This document shows positions 1-12,782 of a stretch of 64,000 bases of DNA, piece after piece. This stretch comes from Paraphysomonas bandaiensis. Lineage: Eukaryota > Protista > Chrysophyceae. The translations under genes were made by a program, and so were the position numbers. The stretch's first letter is position 1. Each line of letters starts with the position of its first letter. The notes below the pieces were generated by a model. The model was not told where the DNA came from, searched no databases, and saw only the letters and a program-made list of their open reading frames with translations. Location of the stretch: contig CBFFRP010000376.1 in assembly GCA_965644295.1 (NCBI GenBank), positions 124,001-188,000 on the forward strand. Direction: 5' to 3'.

Positions 1-3000
1 CCCAATCTAATAAGTACTTCATTATGCATGAGATGATATGTCAACATGACTCACTAGTAAAGAATCATCAAAAGTAACCTTGGATACTAATATTCGTGCT
101 TCAGTAGATATCAGCATCTGCATACAACGGTCAAGCTCTATTCCAGTATCATAACAGCATAGTTACTAACATGAGGTAAAAGCATAGATAGTGCTCGCGC
201 TTTGTCACCAAGATTAAGATACATTTTGTCATAGAATGCCACTGCTTCTTTTAGCCTCAACTATCACAACTAGTGAGCACAGTAAAAATTCTTCGGTGTC
301 CCCTACCATAGAGTTTTGGAAAGCATAAGCACACATAGTAGCAACATCCTGAGTAAAATATATTAATTTCGACCAAAAGTGTTGTAAGTATTTACCCCCA
401 TATCCTTCGCAATTTCTGACGAGACACCCTCATTGTCAGTCGTCAAAACACTAAAGTTTTCTTTTTTGACAAAGCTGTCAATAACCTATCGGCATTGAGA
501 AATTTTCCAGCAATTTTTGCATCAGCAATACCTCAATTTCGATAATTCCAGAACGCGGAGGAACATAGCGCGTTTCCATATCAGAAGCTTGGACCATAGC
601 TGTAATAAGAGCAAAGAAGAATTAGCTGACGATAATTTTACAACTGACAGTGAAATACCATGCGACACTGTCATATCCCGTATTCGCGAAACAGCTTCAA
701 CATACTGCAATTTAACGAAGCTGAGGAATTCTGCAAGTTCAATGGTTCCACCCCCGTCCATATCGTACAGCGACATAACGTCATTCAACTGAGCTTCCTC
801 GATCTCGATGCCAATCCCATCCAGAACTTCTGCGAATTCTGCATGAATATGTATTAACCTCCATCAATTCATGATATATTAAATTTGTGTGCTTCGTTAT
901 TTTAGATAATGTCAGCAGAAAAAAAGAGTACCGCTTTTATCCAGCTCTCCGGATCCGTCAGAATCGAACTTATCAAACATATTTCGCACAAGCTCAACAT
1001 TGTCAGCACAATCTCGTAACTGATACAAATTCTCCAAAATCTATGTCAGTGACACCAATAAATATACGAAGCCGGCGCATCATTTCACATACCACACGTT
1101 GCTTATCATCCAGGTACTCTTCCACATCGTTTAACATCGTCTGTACAGGTTTAAACAATTAATTTCAATGAGAACTTATTTACCTGCACCAGTTTAAGGT
1201 TGATCGGCTTTGAGGTCTTCGTGTGTTGCAATTGAGCCTTTGATATTACTAGCGTAGGGTGGTTTGCCACAATATTCAATAGTTTAAGCATCACAGATCT
1301 ATCGTACGGTAGGGACATGTCTAGAGAGTACTTCTTGCACGGAGAATTTTGGTCGAACCAAAATTTTGGATCCCGGAGCGAAGTGTTGCATCGAGCCGCA
1401 GATAGTTTAACTCGACTCCCGACAACAGTTGGGACATTCATAACAGCGCGTGCACCCTGCTCGCCTATAGGGTTCTCATCTAAACTCACCGATCGAAGTG
1501 CCAAATTTTGCTCTATTCCAACGCAAATAACAAAACAAGCCGTGGAATCAATGCTGTTGCTGACCAACAGAAGTGTGCGTAGAGAACGGTTATCTATCAA
1601 AGACACACCTAACGCCTGGCCTCCCTCGTGACCAAGTGCATTGAATGACAAGTCCAGATAAGTCAGAGACTTATTGCTAGCCAAAGACCTTGCGAACTCC
1701 AACCCACTATCTAGCCGAATCATATTCCAGGAAAGCTTGAGTTCCTGGAGAGAACAGTCTTCAGAACGGAGCAATGCTGCTAACGACTCGGCCGCAGTGA
1801 TGACATGGGGCTGCACTGTGTTGAGTGTCTCGGCATGCCCAATCTTGTTTTTGGAGAGATCAAGAGACTTTAATACAGAATTTCCGACTAAACAATTGAT
1901 GAATCTGGATCCCTCGAAGTCATCTACATCCGCCTTGCGGAGCACAAGTTTTACCAAAGTACAGGGCCGCTTGGACAGCAGGAACGACATCGCATCAGCA
2001 GCCATGGGGCCGATTATATTCTCAGACATATCCAGCTCAGTCAGGTTGCGCATAGTCATTGCAGCAGACAGCAAGGGACATATTCCTATAAAAGACGGTA
2101 TGAATATGGTTCGTGAGTACAGAGGTGATCCATCCTAAAGAGCCTACTTACCGATATCTGTGAGGTTATTGTCAGCAACATTCATGCTATTTACATAAGG
2201 TAACTCGGATATGGACGCCGCCAACTGAGATGCAATACTATCTCCCATGCCATAGTGCTGTAAGTTAACTTCGTTCGATAGTTTCTTTCTCACCAAAATA
2301 TTGGCCCGTGGATTCATTTTATTCGCCAGGCACCTCATGATAAACTTGCTTCTGGGGGTGACAGGGCGAATCATAGTGGAACTGACGCTGTAGAGATCAG
2401 GTGTTTCGGAGCGGATTGAATTCGCACACTTTTTAGTGCTGAAGTTCTGGATTTGCCCACCAAAGGAATGGCAACTTTCTTGGTCATCCATATCCCCATT
2501 GACGGAGGCAGTCTCGGAGATCATTCCAGCTTCAATAGTGGCAGTTGTATCATCCGAAAGTTGTCGCGCAAAAATAAAATCATCATTGTTTTTCACCCCG
2601 TCAAATACGGGATCCTGGTCGATTGCATGTTTTCTGTGCTTTACATCGTTAAGCGGCGTATAATGACGACGTTTCTTTGACATATCGAGCCTGCCCCCAA
2701 GTTGGGGTAGTGGTGACCTGCGATAACTTGACAAACCACTCCTGCACCTCTCAGCTGGAGACATCGCACAAAAATCCTGAAGAGGAGGTGAACCAGTACG
2801 ATCTTGAGATCTCCTGGTAGATGAGTTCGTATCGTCTGTTGGGAGCAGACTGGGTAGTTTCCTTGGAGTACGACTGATGGGAGAAGGAACACACGACATG
2901 AGTCGCTGCTTATTAAGCCAGTGAGAGCGCACAAAGAACCTCTCTCTTGCCCCCTCTCCAAAGTACTTCTGAACCTCTATCGGGGACAAACTATTCTGAT

Positions 3001-3127
3001 CGCTTTTAGGAAACTCGTAATCGTCCAGAGATGCCATTGGCTTGATAGTCTGAGTGTCCTCCTCTTCCTCAATTATATCTTTGGTTTCAACACATACTTT
3101 GAGGTAATTACCATCATCTAGATTCAT
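1..3127 (-). CDS. Multi-exon leucine-rich-repeat (RI/NLRC3-like) protein with EF-hands; 3' end runs off the window
   Basis: ORFs 2144-3127 and 1151-2074 carry RI-type LRRs (LTELDMSENIIG, LKSLDLSKNKIG, LQELKLSWNMIR, LTYLDLSFNALG). Downstream exons give EF-hand loops DSDGSGELD (~940-970) and DMDGGGTIELAEF (~730-765). Exons are joined by short GT-AG introns. Confidence 0.8.
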
Positions 3128-3800
3128 ATCTAATCACACGATCAGCTTACGATAAGAAACTCGTGAGATATAGTCTATGCCTCGTGCTACAGGGTGCGTG
3201 TTGGTGAATTCATGGGCGTCATATAGGGAACGCTGCTATAATTAGCGATCGCGTAATATTCACTGCTTCCAATAGCATCAGTCGAAACATACGGCACTCT
3301 AACTGCCCTGTAACAACAGCACCTTACCATACACACCGTCCATAGAACATTCACTTCGACTTTACAAGTACAACTCCAGTGACCCATGATGACGATAGTG
3401 TCCCCCACCAATAATACAGCATACTGATCTTATACTTGGAATCGATTGGTTCATACGCATGGAAACTCTATGTGCCAAGATATCATATACGACTCGCATA
3501 CCGCATACCCCGACTGTATACTGCTGTACATGATAAAATTTTAACCTATTTTTTTATATGGGCCTAAAACCTACAAAGAGACGACAAAACTCCAGAGAGC
3601 TATAAAAACACTACATTTTCTGTTAGATATTTGGCTAAAAGTTGATGGGTAAAATTTTATTGCCACGGGAGGGGCATTTTCCCCCCATACCGCATACTAC
3701 TCCTGTATAATGACTGCACTCGAGGTCGGTTGGATAGCTTGGCATATCTGCCTGTTTATTGAGCAATTAGCCATCATTCACAATATAGTTGTAGGCCGCA

Positions 3801-4278
3801 ATGTCTACACCCAAAACAAAAAAACCGCGCTTGTCGTTTGGCGTTTCCTCTGCACAGAAGGCATTGCAGGGAATCAAATCCGGGAACCGACTCGACGACC
3901 TAAAGGCTGCGAGAGTTCTGTGTTCTTGTGTCGTCGACGCGTCCAGTGGAAGCAATCAAGATGATGCCTATTCGTGCTTGAAATCGTTGCTTAATGAGGG
4001 CGTATCTCCTAACTTTACTGACGATGCAATCCTGGAGATGACAGGCGGCAGCCCGCTGTATTTGGCTGTCAAGTTGAATGTACCCAAAGCAGTCAGCATA
4101 CTATTATCTCATGGCGCATCTTTGGTCAGTGAATATGATGGGAAAACACCAATTCAGGTAGCTTGTTATTTTCTTTCCTTTCTATTCTCACTTGAATTGG
4201 CAGCTTGCTTTTGAGCAAAATATCGAAGAGTGCATCGCTGTTATTAACCGCCACATATCTCACTTAGAGTCAAAATGA
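3801..4278 (+). CDS. Small ankyrin-repeat protein (2 exons, intron 4158-4203)
   Basis: Ankyrin consensus in LLNEGVSPN...GGSPLYLAVKLNVPKAVSILLSHGA...DGKTPIQ|LAFEQNIEECIAVI. Removing the GT-AG intron restores the frame to TGA at 4276-4278. Confidence 0.8.
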
Positions 4279-4848
4279 TATTCTATTCATCTTAATGTGA
4301 TAATGGCAGTTATTGTAGTGTGGGTATTGCTTATAGTTTTATAGGTATTTCTAAAATAATTATCCTAGACATGGCATTGTGAACACTCTTACAATGCTGC
4401 TTCGAAAGTAATCTGTATGACTAGCCCAAACTGAGACTGATATATAGTTAGCTGTAGCTTCCGTTCACGTTTCATCGCTTTTGAGGCTCATTAAATATTA
4501 CTGCTGTGGCCTCATTGTTCTGAAGTGCGAAATGCGAACACGATTACAGGCTTATATTTGAAATGCCTAGTTTGAATTTTGCATCCTGCCTTATTAAGAC
4601 GAAGCTACTATGATCTATGATGACCCATTTCAACCAGTATGAACATATATATCAATGAAGAGCTAACATACCTACCTAAAGAGAGCTAGAGAAAGGCATT
4701 ATAATTGGTCACATTTAGATGTGCTAGATGCTAGAGTAATGGTAGTTATTATGTCCTACCTACATTCCGTCTTTCTATTTCAAATCATTAAATCAACCCA
4801 GCACTGCTAACAATGTTCACACGTAAAACGATACAAATTCAAAGTTTA

Positions 4849-7159
4849 CTACGCCGTATCTTCAGTAGATGCGGCATCAAGAGTGCTCCGCAGTAACTTC
4901 TTTTGCTGAAAAACGCTCAGTCTAAAGTCTGAATGCTGCTGTTGTACCTGTGCAAAGTGCACCAATAGCTCAGAGTAATCAATTGTACCTTTGGTTTTCG
5001 GGGTAGTGTTGTTCGCTTTAGTTACTGCGCTTGATCCATTGGGTGAACCTCCACTTGGAAAGGACAAGTGCATCTTGAGTGCTCCAACGGTGCTTAGTCT
5101 GTCGGAGAGAGTTTTGTATGCCTGGCTTTGGGGAAGGAGCATTAGTAGACCGTACAAGCTCTTCAAGAGATCAGCGTGAAAATCGGATGACACCTCGAGA
5201 AGCTGTAGCCTTAGTCGAATAAATATAGGCGATTCTAGCAGCTGAACAAGCTTATCTATCTGCATTAAAAAACCAACTGTTACGTCGACTTCTGCAAACT
5301 TCTGAATGAGATCCGCCGATAAATCGTAAGCCTGTGAAAGTAAACACAAACTGAACGTGGCCACAGGGTTATGACTCCAGCACTTAAAGAGTGTCATAAA
5401 AACCTGTATACCAGCTTCTGTGGAGTCTGTAAAGCTCTGCTGCAGAGTATTCCGTAATGGAGACAGCTCTGGGGCAGTAAGAAGTATCAAATTGAGGGTC
5501 TGGACCATGGTGCTACAGAATTCGATATCGTTTTTCGCCATAATTGATGCAAGAGATATATAGATGGTCTGACAGTCCAGGAGGACACAAAGTTTACGGA
5601 TAATAAGTGCTCCACGGGTTTCCAACAGAGGTCTGTCCTCAAAAAACAATTGAACTAGCGCATTTAGTACACGCAGAAACTGCTGCTCGTCAATGCATAT
5701 GCGGGCAATAACTTGCAGATTAATGAGTACGACCTCGTCAGCAGTATCAGAAAGAGTCTTTAGTAAGGCAGGTAAGAGATCTCCGATGAATTTGTTCATT
5801 TCGGTGGAATCTTTTTCATGAAGCATATTGATCCAGGAAAGTGCGGCAACTCTGGTTGTCACTTGTGGTGAGAGGAGTTCGATCGTCAGTGTCCGTAGCA
5901 GTGGTCCAAGCTCAAATTCTTCAGCAGTAGTGCGCACAAGGCTCAAGAGCCCTTGGTTTGCATCCTGTGCAGCCTTGCGAATCTCCTGCTCTTGGTCAGA
6001 TATACAGAACATAATGGACCCCAGTATAGGAGCATAAAAAGCAAGTAGTTGTGTTCCACCCAGGCCAATGAATTCGTGCAACCAGATGACGGCGGTGAGT
6101 CTGTTAAAGCGTTCTTTCGAACGGCTTTGGCTGACCTAAATATCACGCTTACTACCAGTGTAAATAAGTTGGTAAAGGTACCATGCAACTAATACATACG
6201 AATACAATTTGACAGTAATACCAGTAAACATACCAATATGTTGACCATCGGACCAAACTCCACCACCTCTGTCTGTTTGATCTCACGCAGGAAGTCACCG
6301 AGAACATTGTCAGCACCTTGTCTAATTTCTCTGTTTCCATCACTAAGCATATTGAAAAGACCATCCAGAAACTCGGGTAGATAGTCCAACATATGAATGT
6401 CCGGTACAGCGTTCAAAATCGAGATCCAACCAACAAGAAGCTGACGAATATAAGGCTTCGTGCGCTTTATGTGCTTCTGAAGAAGAGGAATGAAACCTTC
6501 AATATCAAATGTTTCACTTTCGGTGACGATATCCTTAATGAGTCTGTCAAGTAGATTTGCACCATTTTTTACATCAACATCAACGTGGGCGAACAATTTG
6601 CATAAGCCGTCAAAAATTTGATTAAAGTACCGAAGAATGCTGTTTCTTGCAACTTTCGCAATATTATACAATGACTCACAAGCATAATAACAAACACGAC
6701 TTTCTTGGTCATCAAAACACTCCAACACAGGAGGAAGGAGAAGATGAAGATAACGTTGTATGTCAGGCATAAATCCTATCGCACAAGCGGCGATGCCAAT
6801 AAGACCACCCTTGCGATGATTTGCATTCCTTGACCGAACAAACTCTTGAGCCAATAAATTAATCACACTTGCTATTCTTTCCTTTTCGCCATTTTCCTGT
6901 ATACTGTTCGTTACACACCCTGTAGAGGGTCTGAGATACTAACCTGATAATTTTTAATCAATCCAGTCAAGTCTAACGCCGCATTCTTCCGCTTATCGTA
7001 TGATCTATCTCCTAGTCTGGACATACACATCAGATCAATACAGTAGCCGTGTTGCTGTACGCACCCTCGTAATATCGCAGGTGGGAGGGGCGATTCTAGT
7101 GCTCCAGATCGATCCAGCGCAGGGGAACCAAGCTGTTGTTTCTCTTCTGCTGTTGACAT
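4849..7159 (-). CDS. VAC14: VAC14 scaffold of the PIKfyve/Fab1 complex (multi-exon)
   Basis: Motifs LGDRSYDKRKNAAL, NHRKGGLIGIAA, YYACESLYNIAKV, VKNGANLLDRLIKDIV, WSHNPVATFSLCLL, QIDKLVQLLESPIF and LYGLLMLLPQS. Confidence 0.97.
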
Positions 7160-7576
7160 TGTCCACTAGATTGCAGAGCTGAATAATTGAACGAATCAGA
7201 TTATTAAGCAGCTCTCCAAGTAGACGCGATTAGTTTTTATGTATCTATGTATGCTATCCGCGCATGACTGTGCTGCGATGCATGTCAGATGCGGGGTGCC
7301 ATGTATCATACATATGCATGTGTAGTGATCCTACTCTGTATATACCGCCGTATACGCATACAGCGAGCTTGTTGATCCACCACCATGTAGATACTACGTA
7401 CCCACCAGCAGCAGATTGTACACCCTCAGAGTACAACGTATTCCAGACTACAAAGCCTTGTGTTGTATGAGCCATATATACATACACGGGATCTAGTCAG
7501 AGAGAGAGTTCATGTTCACTGTATGACCAACACTCGGGCTTCTTCGCAATAGTATTACATTCCGCTGCATTCAAGT

Positions 7577-8451
7577 ATGATGGAGCATAGGCCGTGCATG
7601 AGGAGGTTCGTTCAGTGTGAGAACGACGAGCCTGTTCTCTTCGAGGTAGTTATATAAATGTGGATAGTGTTGAGGCGGCTACTCTGATCATGTCGTAGGG
7701 AGAAACTATGGTAATGAAGAAAGACAACGTTGAATTGACTTTTGAAGTTGAGACTCCTCCAGCACGAGGGTCACTTTTCATTACATCCAGGTTTTTAATT
7801 ACATTTCATAGTCACACACGTAGGTGACGCGTTCTCCGTATCAGGAGAATTGTTTGGGTTTCAGATGACGCTGCGTATGACTTTGATGTACCATTCATAA
7901 CACTTCACGCTATTACACATGACCCAGAGAGTTTTCCTCGTCCATGTCTTTATTGTCAATTGGACGAAGAAGAAGACGGCCCGACAGAAATGTATTTAAT
8001 ACCTGCTGCAGAAACTGAACGTAGGACAACGAATTATTGTGTTTGTACCGTTAATTGCTGATATAGTTCAGGAGCTATTCGATGGGTTCTCCCAAGCTGC
8101 TGTACTGAATCCTGACCCTGACTGCGATGGTTCGTAAATGTCTATTCGACTATATGGATAAGAATTTGTATACAGAAGACGATGACCAGGGGCTCATCTA
8201 CAATGTCGACGAAGTAGAACTAGGGGCCGAACAGGTACCAGCTAGTTGTATGAATTCGCGTTTGTCATTCTTCTTCAATTTTACAGGCGGCTAGATTGGC
8301 CCATTTAGAGTCAGTTTTTAGGCTCCCTGGTGAGCCAGGTTGCCCGCTTCCGGGTGATGGATCGAATGGACAATTTGATGATGCAGATGAAGGTGCAATG
8401 GAACAAGAGCCTGATGATAGTATTAGCGAGAATCCTCCTAATGGAGCTTGA
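7577..8451 (+). CDS. CLNS1A: Methylosome subunit pICln (Voldacs/ICln family), multi-exon; missed by the ORF track
   Basis: Manual splicing gives ...RGSLFITSRRIVWVSDDAAYDFDVPFITLHAITHDPESFPRPCLYCQLD...LQELFDGFSQAAVLNPDPD...LAHLESVF...GQFDDADE. These match the ICln hallmarks LHAI, CLYCQ, LNPDP and GQF-DA. Confidence 0.9.
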
Positions 8452-9508
8452 TAAGTTATAGTGTTATGAATTTGTGACCAACAGTAACCTGTCTTCATGG
8501 GCGTACGATAGTAAATAAATCGGATATTAGTTTTTATTTACTAATGTGCTAAGAGTTAGACCAGATTGAGATATGTGTAAGTTAAACTAGCACAATAGCA
8601 TTACTGTATAATGTATAATTCGGCAATACATATTCAAGCCTAGAATTTTCACGTACAATTTTCTAGCCATACTCTTCGTAAAATGTTTTGCCTGCTATCA
8701 GTAACTCTTACTGTTCTCTAACAATTTTCTGTTCATAATAGCCCTATTGTTATCAGCATGCTTGTGTCCTACTACCTTTAAAATCACTTAGACCAGGTTT
8801 TAGTACAACTGCATTTGTTAAATTTCAACATAAATTTTGGGCATGTTAGAATAGCCGAATAAACATTCTTTACAAGTTTCTCAGTGGGGCACCAAATTTC
8901 GTATTATGATGTATCTTAATACTTATCATGACTTACTTACATTTGTTTCTCTCGCTCCCAATCAGCGGTAACACCTGGCGCATCTGCTGTTGAAATAAAG
9001 AACTAAATCGCGAAGGAAGTTATTGCATACTAACGACCACGCGTACCAAATTCACCGAGATTATTCAAAAGAGACAATGAAGAATAGAGCTCATAAAATC
9101 TTGGGCGTCATTATAGAAAATGAGGTGACTCTGTTGGGTTAAGTGGCGTAGAACTACATTCAAATGGCTGTATAGGAATGTATGTGCTCTATTGAGCAGG
9201 TACAGTACCTTGAAACAACATCTACACAGGCAGGCATGATCTTCTAGATACATACAAGGCGGGTATACTGCCGCTCCTGATTACTCGATATCTACAGTAT
9301 GCCATACTACAGCGCGTATATCACACTACATTGTAGAGATACCTACTGTACAGCAGAACTACGGTACACTCCACTGCTATATGTAGGAATGTGCTGTATA
9401 CTGCTGTGTATGCATATGCTGCTGTATGCACTCTCATGACAAGGCATCATTAACTGCGTAGATACACAGCCCACAAAGAGCAGGACCACCACTCAGAAGT
9501 AAACAGAC

Positions 9509-10796
9509 ATGTCAGAGCTAGAACAGTTTTGTATATTAGCCCGTACTCTAAAGGGCCGCGCGTGCGTTGCGCTCATACAGCAGGTGCTCTCCCATAGCTC
9601 TATATATGTATTCGGGGAGCTGCTGTCGGTCCCTTCTATACAGGCGGTAAGAATCATATTCTCTTATCGTATCAGTGTACCGTTACTAATAGTTATCAAT
9701 GCAGTTAAGAGGGTCGGAGAATGCTAATGCGTTAGAGACGTTAGAGCTGTTCGCGTATGGCACATATCAACAGTACTGTGCTTCCCCCGGCAGATACATC
9801 GAACTCACACAAGGACAAATACATCGTCTCAAAAAGCTATCTCTTGTGTCTATTGCAGCTAAACAGAAGGTTGTGTTGACATTGTTGGCTGCTATATGGA
9901 GAGTGGTAGTAATATGTGTCTCTTCCTGGTTCACAGGTAGTGTTCTACTCAGACTTACAAGAGAGTCTCCAAATTCCCGACACTCAAGAACTAGAAGCTC
10001 TTGTAATCGAATGCATATATGGTGTAAGTATATTTATTTTATGCGTCTATGATATCTTGTGGTTACATTGGTACAGGGTCTATTGACCGGAAAACTGGAT
10101 CAAAAGCAGCAAACTCTTCACGTAGTCAGTTGTGCAGCTCGAGATGTCCAGGCAGATGAGTTAGACGGAATAATTGAGAAACTTCTGGCATGGTATACCC
10201 TTTGTGTCAAAGAGATGTATGTTTAATGAAAATTTTCAGGAAATCGACCTGCAGGGCTCTGATAGATAATACCCAGGGGATTGTCACGTGCGTACTTATG
10301 AACAGTATAAATCTTATATAGAGAAGAATTTTATCGTTGTTACTTTAAGTATAGTGCACATCGTATTATCTTTGCTTATGGCTTTGTGTGCTGTCTTATA
10401 TTGGAGTTATTAATTTAGAAATCTTGCGAGCACCCGTGCCGTCGGCGTCTCGGAGCAGGAGTCTCTACAGACGAAATTCAATGAAATAATAAAGGTGCTA
10501 CTCACTGTGATGAATACGTATTTATATGCAATCAATACGCTTATATATTTACCCAGAAAAAAATGTCTGAAGGCGGAGATGAGGATTTCCCGGCTTTGAA
10601 TCCTGTTGTGCATAGGTAACCATTGTGATACCCATGTGTAGCCTCACGTAGCCCATGATTCGCATGTTTTTTATTCGTATATAATATGTCCTCCTATGGT
10701 AAATGCAGCCAGGGAAGACTGAAGGGAAAGCGTAGTCGAGGAACAATGTCACAGCCTACTGGGCCGAGTAAGGGAAGATACGGGTCGATGCTATAG
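9509..10796 (+). CDS. COPS7: COP9 signalosome subunit 7 (PCI domain), multi-exon; 3' exons approximate
   Basis: Motifs LEQFCILARTLKGRACVALIQQVL...YVFGELL, LELFAYGTY, KLSLVSIAA, ELEALVIECIY, GKLDQK and ARDV. Confidence 0.92.
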
Positions 10797-11394
10797 TATA
10801 CAATATGTTTATATCAGATTAATGGTTTGTCATCTCCGTTACGAGTCCACTGTGTATGTGGTGTATAGGTAGTTGAAAGATATATTCTTTTATTATGCAT
10901 TGTTGATTTCTGAAGAATTCTTGTAATCGACTTGAAACTTACGATTGAGTTGTTTTACACCCTCACACTTTGTGTTTATGAACCTTGAACCTCGACCCCC
11001 ATGAGTATATGCAGCAAAAACTCTTCAACTGCCACGGAACTATGCTATCTAATTTTATGCCTAGTTTTGTCAATTTTCAAAGTACCGCAGAGTTTTACCA
11101 TTAACTGTTTATAAGGCTATAATTAATTATACTTGTGAGATACTAAAAAGGTCAGTATACACTTCAACCTCTAACATTGGCAAATAACAACCTAAGCACC
11201 TCCACAACAATCGCTGTGATACACAGCAAAAGCTGAATGAATAACGGCTTTGAAATATTCAAGCATAGTAAGATAAATGACGTATCACTAGCAGTAGTGT
11301 GTGTGCAAGTATACACTCATACAGAGAAAGAGAAGTATATGTGCAAGAACCATGGAGTAGATTCAATAATTAACACTTAACACAATTTATTCAT

Positions 11395-11812
11395 CAGGAT
11401 CGCAACATGTGAATTAATTTCATGGGTTTTAAACAAACAGATGAACTAGTACCAAATGGGGTTTATAATTAGCAGTGCAGAGAATGTTCACTAGGGAAAG
11501 TCCTATTGAAGCAAATGATGGGATCAGGGTGGTCTCAATTAGCAAACCATCCCGCAAGTCTCACGCGGATTGGTGTGACAAGGTTCGAAATTAATTAACT
11601 GGAATGAGTCCTTTAAATGACTGTATGTCCAAAAGCGAAAGCGAAAGGTGCCGCCCTATGCCTGGAAAAGATGGCGCCTTTTATATCTGATGCAACTGGG
11701 TGGTTATTATGGACGATCTACCTTTTTCTTTTATCCTGGATGATACCAGGAAATACTCTAACTCTTGGAAACTATAGTATCCAAAACAACCTCAATAAAG
11801 TCTTACAAGCGG
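11395..11812 (+). pseudogene. Decayed N-terminal fragment of a hAT-like transposase with a BED zinc finger
   Basis: Reads QCREC...KQMMGSGWSQLANH/RKSHADW...FYI*CNWVVIMDDLPFSFILDDTRKYSN with stops and frameshifts. This matches, from recall, the BED-finger plus W..W.V...LPFSF...TRKY pattern of oomycete/diatom hAT-like transposases. Confidence 0.65.
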
Positions 11813-11876
11813 CGTATGGCGTGGGTGTGATTTATTATTGATGCCTTACGATTAATTGCTTACAAAATATAGTACT

Positions 11877-12330
11877 AAATGTCTGATTATTAGCAATATA
11901 TATAGGCGTGTTTAAGAGTCAGAACTAATTCTTCATTGTAATTTAACTAACCAGTGCTTAACTGTAATATCCTACTATTTAATGCTACGATAACTGCATG
12001 TGCGTCACCGCAAGCACCAAGAGAGGTGCAACCACGTTTGCTCTCTCTGTCACTCAAAGCAAACGCAGTGAGCAAGCAGAATGTTGGTATAGCAGCCCAA
12101 TACCCGGGTTACCCTTCAGGTGGACCCATTCCCGGATGCCTGTTTATTCGTTAGGGCCCAAAGACGTCTACACAAGTGACACTTATTGGTGTCGTCCCTT
12201 GTACCACAAAAGCATTCGGCTATGAGTGGGCAGAACAATATCTGCTGACTATGTTTGCGGCTCACGTTAGTTCCCAGAGAGAATCCCCCAGAACACCACG
12301 AAAAAGGTTCGAGTCCAACTTTGTTGAGGG
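11877..12330 (-). mobile_element. Type C short non-coding retroposon (SINE/SIDE-like), near full length, with HDV-like 5' head and shared 3' tail
   Basis: Colinear with the copies at 41748-42056, 42414-42840, 52150-52516, 52610-52859, 53223-53394 and 53531-53720. Starts CCCTCAACAAAG and ends TGCTAATAATCAGACATT on the minus strand. Confidence 0.8.
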
Positions 12331-12490
12331 GACGCACAAGCTGCTTCCGTAGCGCTACATATAGTAAGATATGAGAATTTTCGCTAGTTAGTTACAGAGG
12401 TAGAAGTTTATCTAGCTTGACTAGCTTTCACCTAGCTACTTAACTGGTCACGATTCTTGACGCCTATTGCTAAATAAAAAGACTTTCAAT
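12331..12490 (+). mobile_element. 5'-truncated retroposon 3' tail fused head-to-head to the type C copy
   Basis: GACGCACAAGCTGCTTCCGTAGCGCTA...ACGCCTATTGCTAAATAAAAAGACTTTCAAT aligns with the tails at 24705-24860 and 36795-36903. Confidence 0.75.
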
Positions 12491-12782
12491 ATATATATAT
12501 ATCGAAGAGTCTAATTTATCACAAATCTTATTCAGTAACTCATGATGTGATGTTTTTGATATATACACCAAAATTATGATGTATTGATTACTACTATATA
12601 TATTACACGAGTATGTAAAAAGATATGAACTTCTAGGTGCCTTTGCGTGATTCACTTAGCATCTAACTTCATATTATCATTATATTGCACTACCTACACG
12701 CCACAAAACCAGTGCTATATCCACCTCCACTAGTTCCATTTCAGAAAGTGCACTTTAACAAACAAAATATACTATTACACCA

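Noticed and set aside
1317-2138. Antisense ORFs overlapping real genes (here and throughout the window)
   Set aside because: Shadow ORFs on the opposite strand of coding exons, with no independent protein features.
12306-12316. Perfect Pol III B-box GGTTCGAGTCC suggesting a tRNA or tRNA-derived SINE
   Set aside because: Not conserved in sister copies (GGTGCGAGCCC, GGTGAAAGTAC), no cloverleaf is evident, and it lies antisense to the element's polarity.
11877-12490. Interpretation as a single TIR element or DIRS-like element
   Set aside because: The two ends belong to different tail variants that also occur alone (23231, 36795, 24860), the 5' truncation points vary, and there is no TSD.
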